Source: Squalus acanthias | Lineage: Eukaryota | Assembly (NCBI GenBank): GCA_030390025.1 | Contig: CM059432.1 | Span: forward strand, 67,334,001 to 67,398,000 | Length of the DNA: 64,000 nucleotides | Direction of reading: 5' to 3' | Part shown: positions 38,004-51,379 of the stretch, piece after piece | Numbering within the stretch: position 1 is the stretch's first letter | Layout of the letters: each line of letters starts with the position of its first letter | The notes under the pieces: generated by a model | Told to the model about the DNA's origin: nothing | Seen by the model: the letters and a program-made list of their open reading frames with translations, nothing else | The model's database searches: none | Translations under genes and position numbers: made by a program

Positions 38004-40036
38004 TATTGTTTACAAAAAGCAAGGTCACAACCCTGCCATCATAGTGACAAATAAGTGGCTGGAGCCACACCAATATACATAGGTTCTTCAATTTTACTTT
38101 TAATTAAAAAAAATACTGTCTGGGGGTTAAGTGAAAGCCTGACTGTGAGACCCATAAAAGTGATGTCTGTGAACTAAATAAATAAATAATAAGGCAGTGT
38201 GTGTGGAAAGCATGTTTAGGGCTTAGAAAAAACACAAGAAAAGATTTCAGAGGAGCACTGACCATAGCAGTAGTATATTAATTAAATAAAGGCAAGAGAT
38301 CTTGCAATGGAAAGATGCACTACAGCTGCGAGAGCAATTGCCTATCAGTGAAAATAATTTGTAAAATTGTGCTTATGTATAACTTAAGCACCGTGTCAAT
38401 AAAAGTCTGTAAAGTCTCCAATTTACATGCTGAAAGACCTGTGTATTTTTGTCCAGAGACGTTGATCTGGCAGTAGGAGTTTCATTTTCCTCGCGTTTCT
38501 TCAGTAGATTGCTTTGAAAAGGATTTGCATTATAACTTCAAAACTGTTGCAGTGAATAGCAGCATGACACTGATGTGCATAATGATGCAGGAATTATAAT
38601 AGTGCCACTGTCATTTCGGCTGCGATTTTGCCGGCGCTCAGAGGGCGGGTTTGGAGGCGGGTCAGTTGTTAAAGTCGCAATGATTGACAGTGACAGGGGC
38701 AGACTTGGCAATCACTGCTCGGGCAGTCATCTGGGGCTCTGACCAAGGGGTTGGCAACGGGATGGAAGTTGGAGCGCTTGGCGAGGCGCTCCCATTTGCA
38801 TGTCCCCTCCCACTATCAACCCTCTCATGGGCCACCCACACTTCACTGCTAGCAAGTCGCTGGAGAGCACCTTGCTGCACATCAGTGGGGCCATGAGGAC
38901 CCGTCTCTGTACAGACGGTCCTCATAACGGAGACATCCATGGACCTCTGGTTCCTCTCCACGATAGATGCCTATCTATCCTCCATAGCTGACCATCTATT
39001 TAGAAGAGTCACCATGTTCATTTGAGTCTGGCGATTTATGTCCTCCAGAAAGGTTGCCTTTCCATGGCGGCACCTACATTCGCCATTGAGTGCACCACGG
39101 CACTGCTCATATTGGAGATGGACTCCTCCATTCTCTGCACACTCGTGCCACCGTGGTTGTAAACCCAGTCAGAGCCTCCTGCACTTCTTCCTGAAACTCC
39201 AGCACCGCTCTCTTTCTGGATGGCCCCCGAAGCTCAACGTCTACATGCAGCTGAGCAGAGCTAGGAGCGTCCTGCGGCCTCTGACGAGGACTCTCCACTG
39301 CTATCCCTGTCTCCACCATCTGCTCTTGCTCACTCGTGTGTTGTGATACACCAGGTGACAACACTACTCTATCTTGCAAACGACCCACCGAGATGCAGCA
39401 TCCTCTGAGGAGTCCTCCTGTACAGTAGGGAGGGGGCTCTTGATGGTCCTGTGGGAGAGTAAAGACATGAGTTAGACATATGATATGTGCACATGATAAG
39501 CATTCAATTTCTATTGACATCAGATGCCATATGTGTCACTCATGAAAGCCAAATAAGATGGATGGAGAAGCATTCTGTCACCAGGTTGTTCAACTGAGCC
39601 CATCTCTCTGTCCTCCACTTCGAGCTGTTCCACTGATCCCACAATGTCCAGAGCGGCCTCCTCAGCGTTGGTCAGCTGTGATAAGGATGGTGGTCCTCCT
39701 CCTGTTCTCTCCCTCTCCCTCTTATTGTGGCCTCTCTTTTCCTGCAATGAGGGAAAGAAGTGGAGTTTCAGTAAGAGTGATGGAATGCGTGTAAAGAATG
39801 GATAGGATAGATGTTTAGAGGGAGACTGTGATGGAGTGGGTTCCCATTACGAAGCTCCCTCCTTTTGAGTTGTAAGTTGGTGTCAGTGCATAACCTTGAG
39901 GGTGGGTGTGAGGGGCACAAAGTAAGATGGGGAAGTGAATCAGTGCATAGGGAGAGAGGGATGGGGGATGATGCAAGAGATTTTGGGTTGAGTTAGGATG
40001 TGCAGGAGTAGGGTTACCAATGCAGAGTGATGGGGA

Positions 40037-40326
40037 TGTATATACTCAAGGACACAAGAGTTACAGAGCTATCTAATTAATAATCTTTATTTATCAATAC
40101 ACTTAGACAAACATAGCACATGCAGTGCTTATGAGATTAATGTCAATTATTCTCACAAGCAACAAATTCATTGGGCCTCGTGAACCACATCCTCTGAGCG
40201 CTCAAGGTAGTCTCGTATAGTACCAGTATGCTGTACCTTTATATGATTAATTATGTAAGGTAAGCGGGGTGTTAGTACATAAGAGTGTTCATAATACATG
40301 CGGTTAGTACGTAAGCGCGCAGGGTT
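40037..40326 (-). mobile_element. Possible truncated solo LTR
   Basis: On the minus strand: TATAAA (near 40240), AATAAA (near 40088) and a terminal ...TACA (40037); unrelated to the flanking Harbinger intron. Confidence 0.35.
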
Positions 40327-41868
40327 AATCATAGAATCATAGAAATATATGGCACAGAAAGAGGCCATTCGACCCATCGTGTCTGTGCCAGCCGAAAAAG
40401 AGCTATCCAGCCTAATTCCACTTTCCAGCACTTGGTCCATAGCCTTGTAGGTTACAGCACTTCAAGTGCATATCCAAGTAGTTTTTCAATGTGATGGGTG
40501 TTTCTGCCTCTACCACCCTTTCAGGCAGTGAGTTTCAGACTTCCACCACCTGGAAAAAGTTGGAAAAGGAAAATGGGTGAAAAAAGTTCTCCTCAACTCC
40601 ACTCTAATCCTTCTAATAATTACTTTAAATCTATGCCCCTGGTTATTGACCTCTCTGCTAGGGGAAATAGGTCCTTTCTATCCACTCTATATAGGCCCCT
40701 CATAATTTTATACACCTCAATCAAGTCTTCCCTCAACCTCCTCTGTTCCAAAGAAAACAACACCAGCCTATCCAATCTTTCCTCATAGCTAAAATTCTCC
40801 AGTCCTGGCAACATCTTCGTAAATCTCCTCTGTACCCTCTCCAGTGCAATCACATCTTTCCTGTAATGTGGTGACCAGAACTGTACACAGTACTCTAGCT
40901 GTGGCCTAACTAATGTTTTATACAGCTCTAGCATAACCTCCCTGCTCTTATATTCTATGCCTCGGCTAATAAAGGAAAGTATCCCGTATGCCTTCTTAAC
41001 CACCTTATCTACCTGTCCTGCTACCTTCAGGGATCTGTGGACATGCACTTCAAGGTCCCTCTGTTTATCTACACTTCTCAGTATCCTACCATTTATTGTG
41101 TATTCCCTTGCCTTGTTAGCCCTCCCCAAATGCCTTACCTCACACTTCTCCGGATTGAATTCTATTTGCCACATTTCTGCCCACCTGACCTGTCCATTGA
41201 TATCTTCCTGCAGTCTACAGCTACCTTCCTCACTATCAACCATACGGCCAATTTTTGTGTCATCTGCAAACTTCTTAATCATGCCCCCCACATTAAAGTC
41301 GAAATCATTGATATATACCACAAAAAGCAAGGGACCTAGTACTGAGCCCTGTGGAACCTCACTGGAAACAGCCTTCCAGTCACAAAAACACCCTTCGACC
41401 AGTACCCTTTGCATCCTGCCACTGAACCAATTTTGGACCCAACTTGCCACTTTCCCTTGGATCCAATGGGCTTTTACTTTTCTGACCAGTCTGTCATGTG
41501 GGACCTTGTCAAAAGCTTTGCTAAAATCCATGTAGACTACATCAAACACACTACCCTCATCAACCCTCCTTATTACCTCCTCAAAAAATTCAATCAAGTT
41601 GGTCAGACATGACCTTCCCTTAACAAATCCATGCTGACTGTCCTTGATTACTCCAAGCCTTTCTAAATGACGATTAATATGGTTCCTCAGGATTTATTCC
41701 AATAATAACCAAGGTTCGGCTGATGCGCCTGTAATTACTCAGTCTATCCCTTTCTCCCTTTTTAAACAACGATACAATGTTACCAGTCCTCCAGTTCTCC
41801 GGCACCACACCTGTAGCCGGAGAGGATTAGAAAATGATGGTCAGAGCCTCCACTATTTCCTCTGTTGC
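40327..41868 (-). mobile_element. CR1 LINE RT region
   Basis: 325-aa ORF 40620-41597 (YMDFSKAFDKV, FADDTK); (TTCTATGA)n tail. Confidence 0.92.
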
Positions 41869-42962
41869 TCGATCCCCGGGGGGGGGGGGGGCTGGTGTCC
41901 AATCCTCGGCCCCGGGGCCGAGTCGCAATCCTGGGGCTGGGGGGGGTGTTCCAGGCCCGGGGTGGGGGGTCCGATCCCAGGTGGGGGTCCGAACCCCAAC
42001 CTCGGGGAGTGCAGGCTGCTGGTGGGGGAGCTTGGAGGAAGTACTCCTGCTCCTCCCGGCCCACAAGCATTGTTCCCCGAGGCTGAGGCCGCCTTGTTGC
42101 AGCCACCGGGAATCCCGAGCCCTGGAATCCCCAGCCGTCTGCAGTAAAACCTGCAAAGCAGGCCTCATTATATGTAAATTGCCAACCCGCCTCTTGGCAG
42201 CTCATCCCCCCCTGAGTGAAAGGTGAAAGTGGGCGGGTTGGGGTCAGGGTTCACATTTTTTCAACTTTCACTCCCCCCCACGCCTCCAACCCACCCACTC
42301 TTACCTCTGAAAATTCTGGCCTTAGTTTTTCACAGCATTGCAAATACTCAAGCAATTAAACAGAAAACTTAGAAATGCGATAGTAATCAAGCTGAAGCCT
42401 CTCTATATTATTGTAGAGATTAAAGTCACACTGCCTAATCCTTCCTGAAAAAGTTTTAAAAGCTAGTTCATTTCCATTTTAAAACATTCCAGCAGCAGTG
42501 TTAGAATGGGAAATGTCAGTTCTCAGGTCTTTTCACTAGATTTATAACTATCCAATCACAGCATAGTTAATTAACCCTCTTGTATTTCTGTAGGCCTTGC
42601 ATTTATTTAATGGCCATTAATTTATCAGACGATTCTCCATAGTAACTGTGTAATGCTGCAGGAGTGCTTCACTTATGGAATTTGAATTCCACTAAGGTTG
42701 ATAAAAATATAATAAAAGTCAGGGATGACATCAGAAAATTTGGCCCACAGAACCTCATCCTTCTAGTATTGAAGCTATCGGAGGATAGCATTCATCTGTA
42801 TTTTTAAAAAGCACTCAATTCTGCACCTCTACTATACTGCCTGGCAGATTACTTCAGACGTAAAACTGTTTCAGCTAATGTCTATTCATATTTATTTTTC
42901 ATTTCTTTATAAGTATTTGCCTCTGGTTCTACTAACCTGGTTTATTAAAAAATATTAATTTA

Positions 42963-44733
42963 GGCCGCGATTTTACGACCCTCAGCGGGTCCGTGTCGGG
43001 CAATGTCAGTGGCGGGTCCCGACCCCGCTGCTGGCTCCATCCCGGCCTCTGAAATGAATTTCCCCTGATTGGGTTTGTTAAGCCCGCCCAGCGTGTTTGC
43101 CGGCCAATTAGAGGAAGTGGGTCTGGTGACGTCATTTAATGACGTGTCATCAGCCGGTTTCCTTAAAGGGACCATGTCCAAATTTATTTTGATATTTGTG
43201 CTGTCGGTGTTCTGCAGCATTGAGGTGCTGCAAACACTGACAAGCACTGCACAGCGATGCAGGGCTGCATCCAGGCTCCCCATGACTCCCTCCATATGCT
43301 TATGGAGCGAGTCACAGCACGCAGGGAGATCCTCTTCCCTTCCCATGGGCAGCAGAGACTTCCCTAAGAGATTAGCACAGCCTGGTTGCACATTGCAGAG
43401 GAGGGCACAAGCAGGGATGTGGTCAGGAGGACCTGGGTGCAGTGCCGCAAACATTTTAATTATCTCAGTAGATCACGAAACATTAGTACAAAGCCACACT
43501 TAACCTCACCTATTGTGCCTCTCATCACATCCCCATCACTCTGCCTTCCCTACCCTACTCCTGCACATCCTTACTCACACCAATTTACCTTGCACCTCCA
43601 CCCATCCCTCTCTATTTACATTATCACATCCCCATCACACTAGCCACCCCTCACACTCACCCTCATCCTAGTCCAATCATACCAACTAACAACACACAAG
43701 GGTAGGCACTTGTGTGTTTTATGCAATGTTCATGTAAAGTTTCTGTTAATGTGGTGTCAAACATTGAAACCTTTATTTTCAACACTTTGCGTTCTTGGAC
43801 AGATTTGAGTGCACCTTTGGAAATGGCTTAGTGAGTTGCAGTGAATGGTGAAACATAACGCTACCCCCCACAATGGTCATGAATGTGAAAGGAATGGCTT
43901 GGGCATTGTAGAAATGTTTTATGGTGTTGGTGTGGGGTGGTGCCAACCTGGCACATCATGTGGCAGCCAAGGTGTACAGTGTCAAGTGAAGTAGATCTGG
44001 CCATGGTGAGGCCATCCCTGGCATCCCGAGCAGCAATGTGGTCGGGTGTTGATGCCCTGTGTCCTGTGCAGTATCAGGTGATTGCAGAGAAGGTTGGTGT
44101 TGTTGTTGGTGCTGCTGGTGTGCCTGGTGCTGCTGGTGTTGGGGCTGATCATGGTGGGATTCTGAGGACCAAGGTGAAAGCGTATAAAGAGCACCCATGC
44201 TGATGGAATAGATGGCAGGTGAAGTAGAGATGACAGAAGCGATCTGTCAATGGTGAGAGAGGTAATGAGATCAGACTGGATGGAGACTTGTATAAACACT
44301 TGCAGCATGGTGAACCTGTAGTGGAAATGCAGTTTAGAGAAGCTCGTGGTTAAGGGAACATATCTCAATCATCTGGGTGCTTTGACTTGACAGTTGAAGC
44401 TGTCAACTCATCAGCTGACTCAATGGCCAATGACCTCCCATCTCAGCTTCACAGACAAGGTCTAGGCACAGCGGGAAACTAGTGGGTGACCTGTCAAAAT
44501 CCAAAAAGCTGGGAAAAACCCATTGATAAGTGGCTGTAAAGAAGCCATTAATTATTTTAATTGCCTCCCCCACCGCTGCTTGTCGGGTCTGCTCAGCGCT
44601 GACAGACCCGACATTTGGTAAAGGTGCATGGTGGCAGGTTCACAGTGGGGTCTCGACCTGCTGGGAAAAAAAAACACTTTCCCACCCGACCCGCCAACGG
44701 CCACGCCTGCTGACCTCCTGCAAAATCCAGCCC
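42963..44733. mobile_element. Non-autonomous Harbinger element with Myb exon-1 remnant (+) and Gln/His-rich 5' remnant of the opposing gene (-)
   Basis: TIRs GGCCGCGATTTT / AAAATCCAGCCC; canonical TSD TTA; RTWVQCRKHFNYL motif. Confidence 0.8.
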
Positions 44734-46447
44734 TTAGTATTTATCTTATCTAAGCCATTTAACATTTTATATCTTTCAACAATATCCATCCTCAGCAGCC
44801 TGCCCTTTAGGTTGTAGAGAATCAACTTTTTAAAAAACATTTTCTCATAAGTCTTACACTCGGGCTCATTCTTGTTGCTCGTCTCTGCACCTTCTCCAGT
44901 GCTTACATATCCCTTCTTTAGCAATACAAATCTCAGTTGTTGATATTGCATGATTCCTTCATGTGTCTGATCTTCTCAGCTGAAGCCTTATTCAAAGCTT
45001 CTGCAGTATGATTCCAATTCATTATTGCTCTTCCTCAATGTAATGCACATTTCAGACTCTTTTAAACTGATATAAGTAATAACTGATACAAATCTCCTTC
45101 ATTTTGTTTTTAACATTGCAGTTTAAATATGATTGGAAATATAAAGCACTGCAGAAGGTAAAGTTAAGCAGTTAGCTTGGCACTCTCCTCTCTGAGTCAG
45201 TGGTTGGGGAAAGTGGGGCTTCAAGCCTTTGTAAAGGCTACTAGCATTTCTGCATTCATATACGGCCACTTACTTTTGTCTGGCCACATTCCTTTAACTT
45301 CAACCATCATCCCTTGTAAGCTGCTTAAATACAATTTGCCTCACCCCGCTTTTGGGGAGCTTTCAACACCAATCCAATATGGGCTGGGTGCTCACCCACA
45401 CTGCGTAAATGAAGCCACCACCACAAAGTTAGGCGAGGTCAGCGATTAAATTCAGACATGTACTAATAATGAACCACCCAACTAATGCCTGATCGGAAAA
45501 TCTGTGCTAGTATGTCAAATTCCATTTTTAATACACGTAAATAAAGTTTATTTTTCAAGATTTTTATCAGTGTTTTGCATATAATATTCTATAATTCCAC
45601 CAGCAAAATCAATGAATCAAAGTCTAGATTCACTAACATTTATTTGCTTTCATAAATCAACATTTGACTTATTTCACTGAGAATGAATAAAATATTTGAG
45701 TTCAATAAACATAGCAATAGATTACATTGTCATCTTCATCACATTGACTCCCTGGCAGACACTGCTACAAAAATACCACACGGCAATTCAATGCAGGCGT
45801 ATTCCTCCATTGTTGCGATGTATCTGCTTGCTGAATCTTTTTACCCTTTTTTATATGGCTTTATATTATTAAGGCAATGATAAGTACTAAATTTCTGCGA
45901 TTAAAATAATTTATGCTACAATTACTGCTAACCAGTATTTATAACAATTTGGAGTGAAATGTTGTTAAAGGAAAAAAAAATTCACTATCGAACCATAGCA
46001 TAAATACAAGATGCTTTAAAACCCACACTTGAGAATAGTATTACACGAGTACATGTTGTAAATCTCTGAAAATAAAATACAGTCTTTCTCTAGACTTGAA
46101 ATTTGAACAAATCAATCATTTCTAGGGGTGGTTGAAGGGTTTATGGCTGCCGAAAAAAAAACCTCACAAGGATCACTTCAGGGACTCCTGAACACTAAAC
46201 TGCAATCACTATAGCCAATATTTGCACTTCCAACAAATGGGCCTTGAGATCGTTTCAGACATGGAACAGCAAACATCTGTCAATGTGCTGGAGAGTTCGG
46301 TGATGGCTGCAAAAGTAACATCGCTATTAGACTGAGCTGCAGTAATTGTCTTCTAAAGTTTGGTCAAATATTCTTACATCTTTGGTATTTGTTTCCTCAA
46401 AACAAACATGCCTGTTTCACAAAATGTGTTGGAATCTGTTGTGTCAT

Positions 46448-46607
46448 ATAGAATCATAGAATCATAGAAATCATAGAATCATAGAAATCATAGAAATCAT
46501 AGAATCATAGAAATCATAGAATCATAGAAATCATAGAAATCATAGAATCATAGAAATCATAGAAATCATAGAATCATAGAATCATAGAATCATAGAAATC
46601 ATAGAAA
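46448..46607. repeat. Expanded CR1 tail, mixed (ATCATAGA)/(AATCATAGA) units
   Basis: About 160 bp of interspersed 8- and 9-bp units. Confidence 0.95.
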
Positions 46608-48384
46608 TTTACGGCACAGAAGGAGGCCATTTGGCCCATCGTGTCTGTGTCGGTTGAAAAAGAGCTATCCAGCCTAATCCCACTTCCCAGCTCTTGGTCC
46701 GTAGCCTTGCAGTTTACGGCACCTCAGGTGCATATCCAAGTCCTTTTTAAATGTGATGAGGGTTTCTGCCTCTACCACCCTTTCAGGCAGTGAGTTCCAG
46801 ACCCCCACCACCCTCTGGGTGAAAAATGTTCTCCTCAACTCCCCTCTACTCCTTCTACCAATTACTTTAAATCTATGCCTCCAGGTTATTGACTTCTCTG
46901 CTAAGGGAAATAGGTGCTTCCTATCCACTCTTTCTAGGCCCCTCATAATTTTATACACCTCAATTATGTCTCCCCTCAGCTTCCTCTGTTCCGAAGAAAA
47001 CAACCCCAGCCTATCCAATCTTTCCTCATAGCTAAAATTCTTCAGTCCTGGCAACATCCTTGTAAATCTCCTCTGTACCCTCTCTAGTGCAATCACATCT
47101 TTCCTGTAATGTGGTGACCAGAACTGCATGCAGTACTCTAGCTGTGGCCTAACTAGTGTTTTATACAGTTCTAGCATAACCTCTCTGCTCTTATATTCTG
47201 TGCCTCGGCTAATAAAGGAAAATATCCTATATGCCTTCTTAACCATTTTATCTAACTGTCCTCCTACCTTTAGGGATCTGTGGACATGCACTTCAAGGTC
47301 CCTCTGTTCCTCTACATTTCTCAGTATCCTACCATTTATTGTGTATTCCCTTGCCTTGTTAGCCCTCCCCAAATGCATCACCTCACACTTCTCCAGATTG
47401 AATTCCATTTGCCACTTCTGTGCCCACCTGACCAGTCCATTGATATCTTCCTGCAGTCTACAGCTTTCGTCCTCAATATCAACCATACGGCCAATTTTTG
47501 TATCATCTGCAAACTTCTTAATCATGCCCCCTACATTGAAGTCTAAATCATTGATATATACCACAAAAAGCAAGGGACCTAGTACTGAGCCCTGCGGAAC
47601 CCCACTGGAAACAGCTTTCCAGTCACAAAAACACCCGTCGACCATTACCCTTTGCTTCCTGCCACTGAGCCAATTTTGGAACCAACTTGCCACTTTCCCT
47701 TGGATCCCATGGGCTTTTAATTTTTTGAGCAGCCTGCCATGTGTGACCTTGTCAAAGGCCTTGCTAAAATCCATGTAGATTATAGCAAATACACTACCCT
47801 CATCAACCCTCCTCGTTACCTCCTCAAAAAATTGAATCAAGTTAGTCATACATGACTTTCCTTAAGAAACCCATGCTGACTGTCCTTGATTAATCTGTGA
47901 CTTTCTAAATGATGATTTATACTGTCCCTCAGAATTTTTTCCAATAATTTTCCCACCACCGAGGTTAAGCTGACTGGCCTGTAATACTCGGTCTATCCCT
48001 TTGTTCATTTTTAAACAATGGCACAATGTTAGCAGTCCTCCAGTCCTCTGGCACCACGCCTGTAGCCAGGGAGGATTAGAAAATGATGGCCAGAGCCTCC
48101 GCTATTTCCTCCCTTGCCTCTCTTAACAGCCTGGGATACATTTCATCCGGGCCTGGCGATTTATCTACTTTCAAAGATGTTAAGCCTCTTAATACTTCCT
48201 CTTTCTCTATGTTTATCCTATCTAATATTTCACACTCCTCCTCCTTAACTACAATGTCTGCATCGTCCCTCTCTTTTGTGAAGACAGACGCAAAGTATTC
48301 ATTAAGAACCATACCCATGTCTTCCGCCTCCACACATAGGTTACTTTTTTGGTCTCTAATAGGCCCTACTCTTTCCTTAGTTAT
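46448..48384 (-). mobile_element. CR1 LINE, 5'-truncated, with uninterrupted 391-aa RT/C-terminal ORF (46674-47849)
   Basis: Complete RT motifs through to the natural stop (...GKWD*). Confidence 0.95.
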
Positions 48385-48846
48385 ATGCACAAGATTCCAA
48401 GGAAAATATTCAAATCTGTTTCCTTTCTATCCACGAAAGTTGCCTCAGTCAATCCATTGAAATATTATTTTGTGTACTGCAAACCATAATCAATTGATCA
48501 TGGTAGACACAAAAAAGCTAAACACACATAACAGAACATTTACACAAAAGGTACAAATTATATCACAAGAGCTAACTCCATAAAATCATAGTTTCCCATT
48601 AGCTCCAAGGCCTCATTACTGCTGTTCTTCAACAGTAGCCAGAAGATCCCAAAGCTGGTGGTCATGCCTGCAACTGTGCTTCGGTGTCTTCTGCCATTTC
48701 CAAGCACAAGGCGCTGACAAGGGATGGGCCTGTTCCAGGGGGATAACCAGGCCATGGTAATTACCTGTCATACAAAATTTGGGCACTCTGAGGCCGGGAA
48801 TGCAAATTGGAGGCCTAATGTCTTTTTCAGGCCTCTTTGCAAAATT

Positions 48847-49244
48847 GGAGTGGAAATCACCAGGCATGCTGGAGTCAGTTTCTTCAGCGCCCGGCAGCCA
48901 GACCAGTGGTCCTTAAAGGGACAACTAGTTGCTTCCACCCGAAAGGTAAGTTGATTTATTTTTTACTTACCTTATTGTGGAGCCAGGAGGAGCAGGAGTG
49001 CTCCACATTAAAACTGCAGTCTTTGCACGCCCCCTCCCGATTGCAATCCCCTCCCCGGTCTCACCTGAGGACCTTGGCCAGCATCCCAGCCACAAAATTC
49101 GCTCCCCTGCCTCGACCGTCGATCTGCCTCTGGGGCCACAACTGGTGCTCACCAGTGAACAAATTTGCCCTGGTGCTGCTGCCAGCCTCATTAGGTTTGC
49201 ACCAGGCTTGCAGCCCAATTCAGGCATGATCCAATTTCTAGGCC
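48847..49244. mobile_element. Short Harbinger-type MITE
   Basis: Right TIR AATTTCTAGGCC; GGAGCAGGAGT motif shared with about 42045 (opposite strand); left end uncertain. Confidence 0.45.
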
Positions 49245-50194
49245 CTCATGCCTGAATTGCATTGGTCACAAAAGCACCCACTTAAGTTCCCAGTGTGTTT
49301 CATAAACTATGAATATATTAAATGAGTAAATGGAGTTAAGATACAGATCAGTGATGATCTAATTGAATGGTGGAACATGCTCAAGGGGCAGAATGGCCTA
49401 CTCCTGTTTCTATGTTCCTAAAATCTTAGTATTCAATATATTAAGGAAGATTACACAGAAAAGCAATTATTACCTCTTGTACTGTGAATTTTGTTATTGA
49501 TATTTGTTTAAGTTCCTTATTAACATTAAATATCATGTATAATTCTCAAAATTGTTTCTCTAGGTGTGAACAGCTGAGTAATAATTTGCAAAGTTAATCC
49601 TATAAGTATTGCCCATGAAAGTTAAATATGTTTTTTTTTCTTCATTATGTGAACACTAGTTAATGCCTGTTTCCATAATTGCCTGGAATATCATCCGCTT
49701 AATTGTGAATAAGTCATGACAAGATTATCACTTTCCCACTGACTTTTTTTTAACATCATGGACTACCGATGACAGATAGTACTTTGTTTCCCTCTCCTCT
49801 CCCTGCCCCTTCCTTCTCCACTCCCAGGTTTGTTGCTGATAAGAATGTGATGTAATTTTGTGTTAAATATTTGAACAGTAATATTTGAAGAATCTGAAAT
49901 AACAGAAAATGCTGGAATTACATTGTGAGTTTACTAACATCTGAAGATAAGTCTTTATTAAAATCAAGATTATTTTATTGATTAAAAAGAAAGTTCCATA
50001 TGAAAGTTAAGGGAGTGGTATCCAGATAAAACTTAGAAATGGATAAGTAATTGACTCAGATATGGGAAACTGTTACTTGCCAAAAATACGCTCCACAAAT
50101 CCTGCAGGGAGAAAGAGGAAGGGGTTCACTGGGATGAATACAAACTGTGTTAAAACACATTGAAAGAGTGACCAGAGGGGCCAGGAGAAACACT

Positions 50195-50937
50195 GGGCCA
50201 GAATTTGCAGTGGGTATGATGGTGTACTCTCAGAGTACGCCGTCATACTGCCTTTGAAATGCACAGCAAGTTTGGGATATCCTTAATCACGAACTTGCGA
50301 TCTGTCAAGTTCCGACTTGACAGATCATCCGCACCGACACTGCATCAGCCAGAAAACCTAATTGATGGCGCAGCATTGGGCTATTTGCCCACCAACTGCC
50401 TAGCAATTACGTACGAAAATGTTATGGCTGGTGGAAACAGGCGCAGGGCCTGTTTCCACAGCGTAAGGGGATAGATACCAAATAACTTAAAAAATGTATA
50501 AGGCCGGAAATGGAAGCATTTGAGGATTTTGTCCATGGAAAGTATTTATTTGTCCATGAAAAGTTCGGAGGAAGCGATTGCTACATTGATAAAATTATTT
50601 TTTTTTTTGGCACCTATGTGGAGCATAAGTTTAAAAAAAATCCAAACTGAAAGTATAGTTGTTTATTCCAGAAGGCTCTAGTAATGAGGGTTTGTTTTTC
50701 TTTCCAGAGATTATAAATGAATGAGAGTCCTTCTGTTTGATAATTGGAGCACCAGGCCCACGTGATCCCAGGTATGCTTCTGCACACGCTGCGCCCCGGT
50801 ATCTGTGGGCCATTACGCTGCCCTTTGTACGTAGCGTCAAACAGCAAGTTCGTGAAGGAGGGTCCCCATCGGGTAAATTTGCATTCTATTCGGATGGCGT
50901 ACTCTGTAGGTACGCCGCCAACGGCAAAATCCAGGCC
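50195..50937. mobile_element. Non-autonomous Harbinger-type element
   Basis: TIRs GGGCCAGAATTTGC / GCAAAATCCAGGCC; flanks ACT/ATT. Confidence 0.75.
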
Positions 50938-51379
50938 ATTAGAAATATGCATAGTTGTATAGCAAAACATAACAACAACAACAACTTGTATTTATATAAC
51001 AATAAAATTACTTCAATACTACAATAATAAGAGGGTAGTCAGAGAAGATATCAGTACCATGATAGATGCAAACAGGCCCAAAACCGAGAACAAGAAGAAA
51101 ATAGTAATACTGTATTCTGAATGATTAATTCCATTAAGTATTCACAAGGGAACTCACAAACAGTATGCAAACCAAAATAAAATTAATAACTTCAAAACAG
51201 AAAAAGGTATAGTGCCAGAGGACTGGCGGATAGCTAACGTAATACCCATATTTAAGAAGGGGGATAGAACATATCCAAGGAATTAGAGACCAGTCACCTT
51301 AACATCGGTGGTAGGAAAAATAATGGAACCCCCTACTAAAGGAGAAAGTAGAAGAACATCTAGAAACCAAAAATATAAT

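Larger units (their letters stand above)
38618..42321 (-). mobile_element. Degenerate Harbinger element (Myb-like exon 2/3 remnants at 38690-39745) hosting LTR-like and CR1 inserts
   Basis: EKRGHNKRERERTGGGPP exon; TIR-like GGCTGCGATTTT / AAAATTCTGGCC; flanks TTC/TTA. Confidence 0.6.

Noticed and set aside
46448..46607. CRISPR-like or telomere-like array
   Set aside because: No spacers; it is the CR1 3' tail motif
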